The position numbers and the translations under genes are program-made. Source: Pseudomonadota bacterium (GTDB lineage: Bacteria; Pseudomonadota; Gammaproteobacteria; Pseudomonadales; UBA6940). From it: 50,393 bases of DNA. The notes below the pieces were generated by a model. That model worked only from the letters and a program-made list of their open reading frames with translations, made no database searches and was not told where the DNA came from. Each line of letters opens with the position of its first letter. The first letter of the stretch is position 1. Positions 7,050 through 17,894 of this stretch are shown piece by piece. The stretch covers positions 1-50,393 of the forward strand of contig JAZKFP010000029.1 of the NCBI GenBank assembly GCA_040386355.1. Reading direction: 5' to 3'.

Positions 7050-10000
7050 TCACATCACCGCACAGTTATCTTTTTGTTTAGCTTGAGCTGCTCTAATTCT
7101 TTGAAGTTCTAAATCATTTCGGTCAATTTGATTTTGTAAATCTTCTCTGGTTTCTGCTAGTTCTTCTCTTAAACGAGGTACTTGTTCTAGCAAAGGCGAG
7201 ATGACCATTAATAAATCTTCTAAAAATTGAGCGATTTTAATATTTCTAGGATGATTGCCAAATAATTCATTTTGCTCACGACGTAATTTGAAAACAGCTT
7301 CTTTTAATTGATTGCCTTCTTCAATAATTGCACTATTGATAAATGTTGTTTTAGGCCAACTAGGATTTTGTGAAGATAATTGATTGATTTTATTTTTGAA
7401 CTCATTAATTTGCTGATTCATCTCCACCATTTTCGCTTCCATTTTTTGGTGGTCTTCAAGGGTTGCGTGTGATGGCTTAGGCGCTGAAAGGTTTGCAGTT
7501 TGATTTGATCCACCTTCTGAAATACTACGCAATCCATCATAAGCGGAATAAGATACTGAATCCGTTGAACCGTCATCTGATTCTGCATCTGAAAAATGTG
7601 TAGTGGTTTCATGTAAGCTTTGAACTAAAGATAATGAAACTGCTACGTTCAATTCCTCATCGGAAGAGTTTGCTTTTTCTTCATCAGCGTCTCGAATAAC
7701 TCGTAAAAATGGTTTAGGCGATAATACTGATAATGGCGCCACACTAGGTGTGACTAATGAAATATTTGAAGAGGAAACTTCAACCTTTAAAGCATTTAAT
7801 AAAAATTCAATCTTTGCATCGATAGTGTTATTTTTTAAGTCAACATATTCTGTATTGTTGCTCACTGAACTATTAAAACATTTAAGTAAAGCCGATTGAA
7901 TAACATGTATATCATCTAATGCTTTGAGCATTGCGGGTGTTTCTTCTATTTGAATACCTATCAAAGCATTTTGCTGTGCAAATAATTTTAATTTAGCAAA
8001 TTGATCTTTTAACGTTTTAATACGTTCATTATCCGCATGATCTGCCCAATATTCTTTAGCACTTGCTACCGCTTGAGAGGCATGTGTACTCACCACATTC
8101 ATTTTAGTTCGCATGAATTTAGGCATGCGCGACTTAGCAGGAGCTGCAAGACTTGGTGAATTTGAGTTTGTTCCAAAATCATTAATACGATCAACATCCG
8201 AATGCAAACACACTAACTCGGCTAATTTTGCGGCGACGACTTCAAACTCATGACCTGCAAAACTAAACATTTCGGAAAAAGCACGCAAACTATTTAAAAC
8301 CTGAGTGTCTCGGTGATATATGTAAGCACTAGATATGGTAGATGCTACAGCGCTAACCCCTGGAATCGGAATCGCGATTGCAATTTTTTCTAAACCTTGT
8401 GCGGCTAACGACATAGCTGTGCTTAGTCCTTCAATATCCCCGGCAGCTTGTGAATTAAAACTTACTATTCCTGTACCTAGTACCTGCGCAACCATAAATT
8501 GCTTGGCAAAATAATGATTAAAATATTTATAATATTCTTGGATGATGGGATTTTTATCTTTTAATGAATTTGGTATATCCGACATAATACGTAATACATT
8601 ATCTAAGTTACCGCGTTCGTTATATATATGCTGAAAGTAATTTAAGACATCATGCTTTTGAAAAAAATCTGAAAATGTTGTGTGTATTAATGGGCCAAAT
8701 TTTTGAGAGTAATGGGTAGTGAGTTGTTGGGAGCTAATATGTTGGTATGTAGAGGAATAAAGTTTGTCTTCCTCGTGTTTAAAATTTTTAGAATCTTCCT
8801 GAGCAACCTTGTTTTCTGTTTCAGTAGATGAGTTGTTATCAGAGCTGACGGTGTTTTCAATTTTATAGATTAAGCAATTTGGATCATCAAGGTCACATGT
8901 CATAAGAGCGTTGAATTCTTTTTTAAATTTATCATCTTCTACTTTGACTTTTTCTTCCAATTTTTGAATGTATTGATTCTTTTCAAATTTAGTCGTAAGC
9001 AACTGCAAGTTTTGAACATGCTCGTCAATGTGGTTGCAATCAATATCTTTAATCTGATTTATTTGATTTTGAGATAGAATTTTTAATCTGTTTTTCTCTT
9101 TCAAATTTAAAGTTTTTTTGGCTTTGTTAATTATGCTTATTGTTGCCTTCAGCTTACTTACCTCCTGATCTCGGAATGTATTGCACTCCTTGAAATGTTT
9201 CCGTTTTAAATCGACTTCAGTAGCTGCTCGCGCAACGGAAAGACCTTCAGTTGTATCCCATATCCATCTGTCTGGATAGGAATGAAGTTGTCCTCGGTAT
9301 CTTTCATATAGTTTTTCAAAATCTAAACTAATTAAATCATTACACAATCGTTGAACAGACTTCGATGAAAGGCTGGGGGTAATTCCATAATCTAAAAGTA
9401 AATTTAATATCTTAAGGTTGTTTTTATATGCTGCAATATCGACACAGTTCATTAGAAAACCATTTACGTTGCAAATTTCCTGTACGTTTGCTCCGAAATT
9501 TTTAAGTTTTTTAATTGTTTCACTTTGATCTCCTTTTCCTTCATCGATTGACTCTACTGCAACAAAAAATGGTGTTTTATTACGTTTGCATTTTCTGTCA
9601 ATGATCATTCCGATTGCATGCAAACTTTGAATAGATATCACATGTCCATGAAAAGCTGCCTCATGAAGAGGTGAGCCACCGTGAATAGTTACTCCATTAG
9701 GTGAAGTGCCCTCTCCAAAAAATTCTAGATTTGCGCCAAGCCGTGCAAGTAAAATTAAAACCTTATGTTGACCATATCTGGCTGCAACATGGGCGGCAGT
9801 AGATGTTGCTTCGTCTAATGCATTAAGGTCGAAATTAACTTTATGTAAAATATGAATTACATTAGTGTTTCCATTCATTGCCGCATGGTGTATGGGTTTG
9901 AATCCAAATTTATCTTTAGCCTCTAAATCCACGTTCGCTAGTGAAATTAATAGTTCTAATGTTTTTGCTTTCCCAGTAATGGCGGCTAAATGAGCTAGAT

Positions 10001-10628
10001 TTTGATCTTTTTTATTTTTTTCATTAAAAGTAAAGTCCTTTTCATGAAGATATTTAATAATATTTTCATGCCCTTGTATTACAGCTGTTTGTAGTAATGT
10101 TTGATCATGTTTTTCAATTTTAGTTATTAAATTTGTTCCACCGTTCTCTATCAAGAACTTTACAATTTTTAAAGATCCACTGTTGACGGCAAAAAATAAT
10201 GCTGTGGAGTCATCTTTATCGTGTAAATTTAAGTCCGCCCCTAATTCCAATAAAACTTTTATGCAGTCATCTTTTCCTAAAAATGCTGCCAAATGAAGTG
10301 CAGTTATATCATCTTCAATTCTTTGGTCTGCATCCACCAGCTTCTCTGTGATCAACCATCTCAATTTTTCAGTATCACCATTTTCTACAGCTTCAAAAAA
10401 AGCCTTTACTGGATCAGCAGGCGTTGCTCTTTTTTGAACATTTTCCAATCGTGAAGTGATTGCTGGACTTCTAGGTGATTTTGGATCATTTGCATTAAAT
10501 GTAAGCGATGCAGCTGGCGCTTGTGAATCAATTCCCGATAAAGTTTGAGATTCTGGCTGGCTAATTGTTGAAAAAACTTCATTACTATTATTTCTAGAGG
10601 TGAAAATACTTTGAAATGCTGTGAACAT
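7050..10628 (-). CDS. Ankyrin-repeat, coiled-coil protein with C-terminal CaaX box (CAVM); putative secreted effector
   Basis: About 9-10 ankyrin repeats (TALHLAA, TALFFAV, KPIHHAA, SPLHEAA), S/T/P-rich N-terminus, heptad-rich C-terminus; ends tgt gcg gtg atg tga. Confidence 0.88.
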   Translation of the reverse strand: MFTAFQSIFTSRNNSNEVFSTISQPESQTLSGIDSQAPAASLTFNANDPKSPRSPAITSRLENVQKRATPADPVKAFFEAVENGDTEKLRWLITEKLVDADQRIEDDITALHLAAFLGKDDCIKVLLELGADLNLHDKDDSTALFFAVNSGSLKIVKFLIENGGTNLITKIEKHDQTLLQTAVIQGHENIIKYLHEKDFTFNEKNKKDQNLAHLAAITGKAKTLELLISLANVDLEAKDKFGFKPIHHAAMNGNTNVIHILHKVNFDLNALDEATSTAAHVAARYGQHKVLILLARLGANLEFFGEGTSPNGVTIHGGSPLHEAAFHGHVISIQSLHAIGMIIDRKCKRNKTPFFVAVESIDEGKGDQSETIKKLKNFGANVQEICNVNGFLMNCVDIAAYKNNLKILNLLLDYGITPSLSSKSVQRLCNDLISLDFEKLYERYRGQLHSYPDRWIWDTTEGLSVARAATEVDLKRKHFKECNTFRDQEVSKLKATISIINKAKKTLNLKEKNRLKILSQNQINQIKDIDCNHIDEHVQNLQLLTTKFEKNQYIQKLEEKVKVEDDKFKKEFNALMTCDLDDPNCLIYKIENTVSSDNNSSTETENKVAQEDSKNFKHEEDKLYSSTYQHISSQQLTTHYSQKFGPLIHTTFSDFFQKHDVLNYFQHIYNERGNLDNVLRIMSDIPNSLKDKNPIIQEYYKYFNHYFAKQFMVAQVLGTGIVSFNSQAAGDIEGLSTAMSLAAQGLEKIAIAIPIPGVSAVASTISSAYIYHRDTQVLNSLRAFSEMFSFAGHEFEVVAAKLAELVCLHSDVDRINDFGTNSNSPSLAAPAKSRMPKFMRTKMNVVSTHASQAVASAKEYWADHADNERIKTLKDQFAKLKLFAQQNALIGIQIEETPAMLKALDDIHVIQSALLKCFNSSVSNNTEYVDLKNNTIDAKIEFLLNALKVEVSSSNISLVTPSVAPLSVLSPKPFLRVIRDADEEKANSSDEELNVAVSLSLVQSLHETTTHFSDAESDDGSTDSVSYSAYDGLRSISEGGSNQTANLSAPKPSHATLEDHQKMEAKMVEMNQQINEFKNKINQLSSQNPSWPKTTFINSAIIEEGNQLKEAVFKLRREQNELFGNHPRNIKIAQFLEDLLMVISPLLEQVPRLREELAETREDLQNQIDRNDLELQRIRAAQAKQKDNCAVM

Positions 10629-11141
10629 AAGTGTTCCTTAAAAAAATATAAAATAGTATGAAAATTAAATTATTTATTTTTAATTTAAAAATTAGTGCAT
10701 AAAGATTTTTGACAGGATGATTGAATGATTACTTGGTTGTCAAACAATTTCTAATTTTTTTGATTCAATTTAAGAGTGTTGTATCGAATAATTTATTTAA
10801 TGGAAAATTTTTTGATCTTAGATCAAAAATCTGTAATTAATGCTTGGAAAATATTTAAACCTAAAAAGTGGTTCAATTCTTAATCCATGCTAGTGCGATC
10901 TGCTTCATCGTGGGGCGTTTTTGAAGATTCTGGTTTCTCTGAGAAGTGAGATAACAACGAGACGGCTTACTTTAAGCTGTTCTCACCTTGCCTGCCAAGT
11001 CTGCTGAAGTTTAAAAAGTGTGTAATTTCAAAGGGCTTAATGAAAGTGTGATGGTCTTCACAAAAATGCCAAGCCTGTGTTCGAGAACACTTTTCGTTAA
11101 ATTTCTATTGGCTTTTCTTCTTAATAGTCAAATCAGCTGTC

Positions 11142-11157
11142 TGGAACAGTTCATGCA
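11142..11157 (+). promoter_or_regulatory. Candidate sigma-54 (-24/-12) promoter for the giant ORF
   Basis: TGGAACAGTTCATGCA has GG-N10-GC spacing, about 70 nt upstream of ATG 11225. Confidence 0.45.
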
Positions 11158-11224
11158 AAACTCAGACATCATATTGAAAGAATAAAATTTGAGCCCCCTT
11201 TTTTAAAAGGGTGTGGAGGTTTTT

Positions 11225-14200
11225 ATGGGAATGACAACGTCGGCTTCTTTAACACCTGTGGCAACCCCTATTGGAAATCCTTTTTTTTCAATGGAAGTAG
11301 AAGCACTTGAAGTAAAAGCACCTGAGGTAACAATAGGCTTCATTAATTCTGATAATGGCCCCGATCCTACTAATGGCGCATTTCATGGTCCCTGCAAACA
11401 TACACTTAGGGGAGTGGCAAATCGTTTAAAAAATATCAAAAATAGCGTAAATGTTAGCATTGCTGAGAGTGATTACTATAAAAGTTGTCGAGCTGGCTTG
11501 AGCATAATGAGAGACAACATTAATAAAGCTTCTACCGCTTCCAAATGGCAGCCCGTCAAAAATTTTAATAAAGGACGCCATCAACCAGGTCGACAAGATG
11601 ACAGTTATTCCAGGGGAGTTAATATCACCAGAAATCAAATGATTGCTCAAGGAACTGAAAATAAGAAAACAATTAATCAATCCCTTTTACATCAATGTAT
11701 TGCCTATTTAAAAAAACTTGTTCACACACCATCTTCAAAAGTAGAAAATAGCTCAAGTGAAAATCCAGAACATTGCCATACCGATTTGTCAAAACAATTG
11801 GATGTATCCACACCTTGGCGGTCATTAACTGTACAGCAAAAAAAACGATTTAACTCACAGGTAGAACACAATAGACAAAAATTGTTTTCTAACAATATTG
11901 GCAACAGTGAAATTAATCAAAACCTAGAAAATATTGAAATTTTTAGACAATGCACTGATTATGTTTCTTTTAATGTTAAAGATCTCGGAACTCGATTAGC
12001 TCAATTAGAAAAAGTATTAAGTGATATTTCAATACGCACGTCACATAGCGAATTCGATAGTATTCGATTTGAATTTATTCGTAATATAAATAATGATTTT
12101 GGACTGGATTTAAAAAATGAAGATCTAACTACCAATGCGAACAATACGTTAGCCAAGCCAGCTTTTGAAGATAAATTAAAAAATGCTTTTGAAAAAAGAT
12201 TATATGGTGCAGCTATCGTAACAACAGCTTTTGCATACGCTGATGCACTCAATCACATCCCTTCAGCTGAAGAATTATTAGACCCTCAATTGTTTGCCGA
12301 TCATTATGTGTGTGAAGCCTTAACAGGAGATGGATTCAGATATTTTGCAACACCTGCTAAACCAAATGCTGATTGCATTTCCGAAGGTCAAGTTTCTTGG
12401 CAGCACTATATTGATTACCGAGCATCTCAAGTATTGAAATATCGCGTTGCAAATGTTGTAGCAAAAGATATTGAAGGCCAAATGTCTGATAAAAAGAAAT
12501 GGAATATTTTGAGAACTAATGGATACAGTTATAACGTGGCTGATGATATAGGCGGTAGTTATGGCGCAGCCGCAAATAATCCTTTTCGCGCATGGACCCA
12601 ATTTTTAGATGTCGTGATGTCTCTTTCAGAAAAAGAATTTGAGCAATTAAGAAAAGGTGAAGAAAAAGCGACTTTATTAATGGGGCCCTGTGGAGCACAA
12701 CAAGCGGTTGGTAAAATGTTGGGTGCGCCTATTTTTGCACTTGAACATAGTAGTGGACGTATGAGTCAACTTGGTCCGCATTGTGGTGATTTCCATGAAG
12801 TCAGTTTTCTACAAAAAAGCTTAGTAAATCGGACTTTTGATAAAATTCAACCTGGATCGGCGCATGACGCAATTATGCAAAAGTCTATTGCCAATTTAAC
12901 GCAAGAAGAGTTTGAAAAACACTCGCAAGACGCTTTTCCAAATAATTTACCTTCTTTTATGCTGGATCATTCTGAATTCAATGAAGGCGAAGTCAAAGTG
13001 CCGACATTAATTCGGCCAACGGATTGTGTGCATACTCAAGCCATATTAAATGTAAAAAATTTAGATCGACTGATGTCGCATAATTTGCGTCTTCTAACGC
13101 AAAACGACAAATTAAGAGCTACAGTTGATTCTCATGCTTGTTTAGTTGATGGGGCTGATCGCACATACATAAATGGCGATAAAACATCTGTTCAAGCGAT
13201 TGCCGATAATTCTAATGGACTAGCGCCTTATGATGTAACGGATTCCGAAACTACTATTGGGCGCGAAAAATTAATTGTTGAATCTTTAGCAATTTTAGAA
13301 AAGATTCTTGATGATCGGCCTGAAATAGTTCGAGCTGTATATGCACAGCATCATGATGACGCAAGTTGGGGCAGTACAAAAAATGCGATACTTCCTGCGG
13401 AAAATAATCCTGGTACTAGTACTCATGGTCATGCAGAAGAAGGGTCAAGATTAGCTTACAATCCGATTATTGTTCATGTACAGGCTTTAGAAGCTGCACT
13501 TATAAATGATAATCGTCGATCAATAGAAATGAAGGTTAGAATTCGAAGAAACGCTGATATTCTTGAAATCCGCCCCATCAGAAAAAACTCTTCACAAAGC
13601 AAATCATTTCCACATACCTTCCAATTTTATGAAACTATGTTTGGTTTGAGAAAACCTGGAGGGCCTTCCAAAGGAAGTTTTTTCCTAACGGAAGAAACCA
13701 AAGCATCGGTGAAACAAACTATTAATAAATTATTATTTGATGATTTTATTGAAAGCCTACAAACAACTGTCCTAACAAATAACGATGAAGTTGTCGAAAA
13801 GTTTGACAAGCAAATTTCGAAATTAGAAGAGATTCAAAAAATATTCCAATCTAATGATTTAGCGGAAGTGGAATTTTTAGTGCGTTGCGGTTTTGATCAT
13901 TATTATCATGAAAATTTAATTTTTGAATTTAAAAAGGTGTTTTCATGTGAAAATAATATTGTTGATTTATTGAAGAGCGAGCGAGAAAAAGTAAAAGATT
14001 GGCCAATTTCTGTGAGACAAAGCAGAGAAAATTCTACAGCTTCAGTGGTTTCAAATAAGTCTACAGAAGAAAATAATATCTTTTTAAGAACTTTAATAGC
14101 TGTTTTTGGATGTGTTGTGGACGCAACCGAAGAGGATAAAATCGAAGTCTTAGAAGGCAGCCACACAGAATCACCATCGACTCAAAAAAATGCTTTTCAA

Positions 14201-17200
14201 TATTTGGATGTTTCGCTCATTGAAGGCTTAAACAATATCGAAAATAAAATCTCAAATTCCATTGAAGCAGATGTAAAAAACATTCACTCAAATGTTTTAC
14301 AAATACCATTAAAGAATTCTATTCCTGAGGCAAATCGTAAAACTTTAACTTTAGAAAATATTTATAAGTCTGCTGACAGCATAAAAAAAGCCGATGATAA
14401 ATTGGTAGCAAAACAAGAAGTATTAAAGGAAGCGTGGGGTCAGCTACACGCTGAAAGCTTATTATCTTTAATTGAGAAATCAACAAAAAAAATTCTTAGT
14501 TTAAATGAAGAAGGTCCTAATGTTGTTAAGGGTCTTTTTGAGGCGACAGAGGCAAATCAGAATAAAATATTTAACAGTATTGTTCATCAGCTGGAAGTAA
14601 AATTGTCATATGGAGTTATCAATGATAAAGAAGATCAGATAATAAGAGCTTTTATAAAAATTTTAAAGTCTACCCATCTTTCTACCATTCAAGTTGCTAA
14701 TAATCATGATAGCCAATTATTAAAAGACCTTAAATTAAAAGTTGAAAATTCATTTTCTGCAGACCCAAGTTTTCAGTTGTATGATCAAATAAAAGATTTG
14801 CCAGATTTGGTAAAATATAAAGCATTTACTGATGAAAAAAATGACGATAGTTTTGATACTAGAAAATTTGATGAATTTTGTGACGAAATTAAAAAAATTA
14901 CGGGTGAAGTTCGCCTGTTTTTAAATTTTGCAATTGATGCTGGTGCAGCATCGGAAAATTTTCATCAAACTCTTGGTGGAAATGAGCGTAATGATAAACT
15001 TAAAGAAATTGACGGCATTCAATTTAGAGCAGATCCTAAAACTGCCTCTTATTCTCAAAATGAAAACACTTCTTTCTCTATTCCCAGAAGACTGCCTGGT
15101 TTAGTAGGTGTAGGAGGGGTGATAGGTCAGGCAGCTACCCTAACCTCAACGGTTGCTAGTGGTGCAGGAAAATTTCTTGCTGGCATTTCACCGGTTGTAA
15201 GTGGTTTGTTTGGAGCAGTCTTGGTGGGTGTCGGGTCAGAAGCGATTCATAAAGCACGCATTTCAATGCGAAAGTTACCTGAGCAGTTACTAATTAAAAA
15301 GGAAAGTTTTGAAAATCAAAAAATAACTTATGAAGAATTGCAAACAGTCGTTAATCGAATTGATTCAAAAATTGCTAAAAATGTTCAAGATAAACAAAAA
15401 TTAGCATCAAAGGTCGAAGCATTTTCAAACGATCAAAATAATCGCGCACTGGAAACTGAAATTAATGATTTACGAGCAGTAATTAACGAATTTAATTCTT
15501 CTGAAGCGATTAAAACAAAAGAAATATTACAACATCATTTTATTAGAGCTGCTGCAGATTTAGAAAAATTGCAAACAGAAATTAAGAGTTTATTGCGGGA
15601 AAGAAATGATAATTGGATTAATGGGTATTTAATTGGAGGCATGTATATAGCTGCAGGCGCTCTAACCATGACAGGATCAGCAATTGCACTTTCAGGTGCC
15701 TTGACTGTAGCTTCACCCGCTATATTTGGTATAAATTTGGCGGCAAATTGTTTAGTGCTTGCTATTTCTGGAATTTCTATTCTGAAAAACTATCGAGATG
15801 GTTTATATAAAAATGAAACTCATATAGTTTTTGAAGAAGAAGGCTTTAGTGCCGATGGTAATAATAAAGTATTAAATGCTACGTTTGTTCGAGAAAAAAA
15901 CTATACCAAAAAGATAATAAATACAGATTATTATTATGATGATCTTACCAGTAAGTGGAAAAATAAAAATGGTCAAGAACAGGAACCGATTAACGAAGTG
16001 AAAAATGATAATGCCTTCTTTTTAGAAAACGAAGGAATTTTTCAAATTATTAAAAATGATAAAGTAGTTAAGGTCGACTATTACGGCCATGAAGTCGAAC
16101 TAAAAAAGGATAACGCCGGCAATGCAATTCCCAACACGTATATTCGAAAAAAATCTGGTGATGCTATTGCACGAGTCGAGTTAAGAAAATCTTTTATGCC
16201 CAGTCTGCGCGGCAGAGATGCGCAGGTTTTAGTTCGGGTTACTAATCAAATGCTTGCCCACGAAGAAGCGGTGAAGCATTGGATGGGATTGGCTGCAGCA
16301 ACCGCCTCAATCATTGCTGTTTCAGTGGCTTATTATAGTTTTGGTGCAGCGACTATGGGTGTAGGTAGTGTTGCCCTGGCGCCATTGACTACCTTACCTC
16401 TCATGATTTGGTCAGCGCATCATATTCATAAATTGTTTGTTGATGTAGGTCCACGGTTAGCTGCAACTGGATCTCGACATAATTTAGATGGTTTGCACGT
16501 TCACACAAATAGATTGTTATCTAAAACGGATCTTACAGGATCAAAAAACTCTTCTAATGAAGCAGCTAAATTACTTTCTGGTTTGCCAGCTGTGCTGAAT
16601 GAAAAAACTGATGAATCAGGTAAAGCGTTAAATATAAGTGCAAAAAATAAAGCGCTTGAGGGAGCTGTTATTCAAAAGAATATGCGACATGGTCATTTAC
16701 CAGGTCAATTCATTGGCTCTGACCAACGTATGAATTCTAATCGAAAAATTAACACTTTATTTGAAGGTTTTGTTAATGCTAATTTTACCGATCAAAAAAT
16801 TGTTGAAGAGTTAACTAAGAACTGGGAAAACCGCGACCAAAGAGATACGCGTGTTTTATCGGCCCTTATTCAAATTATGGATAGGTCGGCTCAAATAAGT
16901 TTAAACTCAAATCAGATAGAACTTTCGCATTTGCGTGCAGAAATTATTCATATTGATGAAACGATGAATGTGTTGAGTTTGGTCGACGATAATGAACAGT
17001 TAAAAGATTCTTTAAAAAAAGATTTAAATAAAAAATTAGCATTGCATGATCGGTCTTATGAAAGGATTCTTGCATCTCAAGAAGCGCTACAATCTATTCG
17101 CATTTTTAAATCGTATATTGCAAAATATAATTTTGAATTAGAAAAAGCAAAAAATTCGCCAGCATCTCAGGAGCAAATTAATCGCTTGGAAGCCGAATTT

Positions 17201-17767
17201 AAAAATAGATGCAACCAAGAAGTGATGAAGTTTATGGTCAAAACTCGTTGGATAACTCAAGTATTGCCCAGAGCACACTTTAAAGAAATGATTAATAAAA
17301 ATGATTCGCCTTTTCAAGTTGAGCAATATGGTAACAATCATCTTAAAACAGTAGATGTTAAATCTATTCACCTTCCCTGGAGTGAGTGGAAAGCTATCGC
17401 AGGTCACGATGCATGGTTAAATGAACTGCTCAATAATGGTAAAGCAATGCAATTGTTTTTTAATCTTGTAGTGCATACTATGCCTCAACAAGCAAGTTAC
17501 GAGGCAAACAAAATTTTTGAATCTGAGGCTCAAAGTAGAAGAGCCACGTCATATCGACAAATTGAATTTAACAACATTAAACCTAAAGCGGATTGGAGGT
17601 ATGACCTAGCCAAAATAACAGATAACCGGACAGAGGCAATGGTTAATTGGATTAACAAGCCTGGCTTAGCTACTAAAGGATGGGATGTAACCAAGCATCA
17701 ATTAGAGGGATTTAGGGATCGTTTGGATGGAATGAAGACTTCAGAACTTAGACCTACCTATGCATAG
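11225..17767 (+). CDS. Giant (about 2,180 aa) hypothetical protein with three Gly/Ala-rich hydrophobic segments and coiled coils
   Basis: Uninterrupted 6.5-kb ORF with GGAGG RBS before ATG 11225. Hydrophobic stretches at about 15091-15240, 15625-15783 and 16280-16420. No recognised family. Confidence 0.85.
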   Translation: MGMTTSASLTPVATPIGNPFFSMEVEALEVKAPEVTIGFINSDNGPDPTNGAFHGPCKHTLRGVANRLKNIKNSVNVSIAESDYYKSCRAGLSIMRDNINKASTASKWQPVKNFNKGRHQPGRQDDSYSRGVNITRNQMIAQGTENKKTINQSLLHQCIAYLKKLVHTPSSKVENSSSENPEHCHTDLSKQLDVSTPWRSLTVQQKKRFNSQVEHNRQKLFSNNIGNSEINQNLENIEIFRQCTDYVSFNVKDLGTRLAQLEKVLSDISIRTSHSEFDSIRFEFIRNINNDFGLDLKNEDLTTNANNTLAKPAFEDKLKNAFEKRLYGAAIVTTAFAYADALNHIPSAEELLDPQLFADHYVCEALTGDGFRYFATPAKPNADCISEGQVSWQHYIDYRASQVLKYRVANVVAKDIEGQMSDKKKWNILRTNGYSYNVADDIGGSYGAAANNPFRAWTQFLDVVMSLSEKEFEQLRKGEEKATLLMGPCGAQQAVGKMLGAPIFALEHSSGRMSQLGPHCGDFHEVSFLQKSLVNRTFDKIQPGSAHDAIMQKSIANLTQEEFEKHSQDAFPNNLPSFMLDHSEFNEGEVKVPTLIRPTDCVHTQAILNVKNLDRLMSHNLRLLTQNDKLRATVDSHACLVDGADRTYINGDKTSVQAIADNSNGLAPYDVTDSETTIGREKLIVESLAILEKILDDRPEIVRAVYAQHHDDASWGSTKNAILPAENNPGTSTHGHAEEGSRLAYNPIIVHVQALEAALINDNRRSIEMKVRIRRNADILEIRPIRKNSSQSKSFPHTFQFYETMFGLRKPGGPSKGSFFLTEETKASVKQTINKLLFDDFIESLQTTVLTNNDEVVEKFDKQISKLEEIQKIFQSNDLAEVEFLVRCGFDHYYHENLIFEFKKVFSCENNIVDLLKSEREKVKDWPISVRQSRENSTASVVSNKSTEENNIFLRTLIAVFGCVVDATEEDKIEVLEGSHTESPSTQKNAFQYLDVSLIEGLNNIENKISNSIEADVKNIHSNVLQIPLKNSIPEANRKTLTLENIYKSADSIKKADDKLVAKQEVLKEAWGQLHAESLLSLIEKSTKKILSLNEEGPNVVKGLFEATEANQNKIFNSIVHQLEVKLSYGVINDKEDQIIRAFIKILKSTHLSTIQVANNHDSQLLKDLKLKVENSFSADPSFQLYDQIKDLPDLVKYKAFTDEKNDDSFDTRKFDEFCDEIKKITGEVRLFLNFAIDAGAASENFHQTLGGNERNDKLKEIDGIQFRADPKTASYSQNENTSFSIPRRLPGLVGVGGVIGQAATLTSTVASGAGKFLAGISPVVSGLFGAVLVGVGSEAIHKARISMRKLPEQLLIKKESFENQKITYEELQTVVNRIDSKIAKNVQDKQKLASKVEAFSNDQNNRALETEINDLRAVINEFNSSEAIKTKEILQHHFIRAAADLEKLQTEIKSLLRERNDNWINGYLIGGMYIAAGALTMTGSAIALSGALTVASPAIFGINLAANCLVLAISGISILKNYRDGLYKNETHIVFEEEGFSADGNNKVLNATFVREKNYTKKIINTDYYYDDLTSKWKNKNGQEQEPINEVKNDNAFFLENEGIFQIIKNDKVVKVDYYGHEVELKKDNAGNAIPNTYIRKKSGDAIARVELRKSFMPSLRGRDAQVLVRVTNQMLAHEEAVKHWMGLAAATASIIAVSVAYYSFGAATMGVGSVALAPLTTLPLMIWSAHHIHKLFVDVGPRLAATGSRHNLDGLHVHTNRLLSKTDLTGSKNSSNEAAKLLSGLPAVLNEKTDESGKALNISAKNKALEGAVIQKNMRHGHLPGQFIGSDQRMNSNRKINTLFEGFVNANFTDQKIVEELTKNWENRDQRDTRVLSALIQIMDRSAQISLNSNQIELSHLRAEIIHIDETMNVLSLVDDNEQLKDSLKKDLNKKLALHDRSYERILASQEALQSIRIFKSYIAKYNFELEKAKNSPASQEQINRLEAEFKNRCNQEVMKFMVKTRWITQVLPRAHFKEMINKNDSPFQVEQYGNNHLKTVDVKSIHLPWSEWKAIAGHDAWLNELLNNGKAMQLFFNLVVHTMPQQASYEANKIFESEAQSRRATSYRQIEFNNIKPKADWRYDLAKITDNRTEAMVNWINKPGLATKGWDVTKHQLEGFRDRLDGMKTSELRPTYA

Positions 17768-17894
17768 ATAATATGCACAAATGGGTTTAAAACAAAATCT
17801 TAATTACACCCCCATCAAGGTCTTTCCATTTTTTTCGTATATTTTTTAATATGCGTTAATTAATTCCATATCTAATGAAAATTGGTTCATCTTT

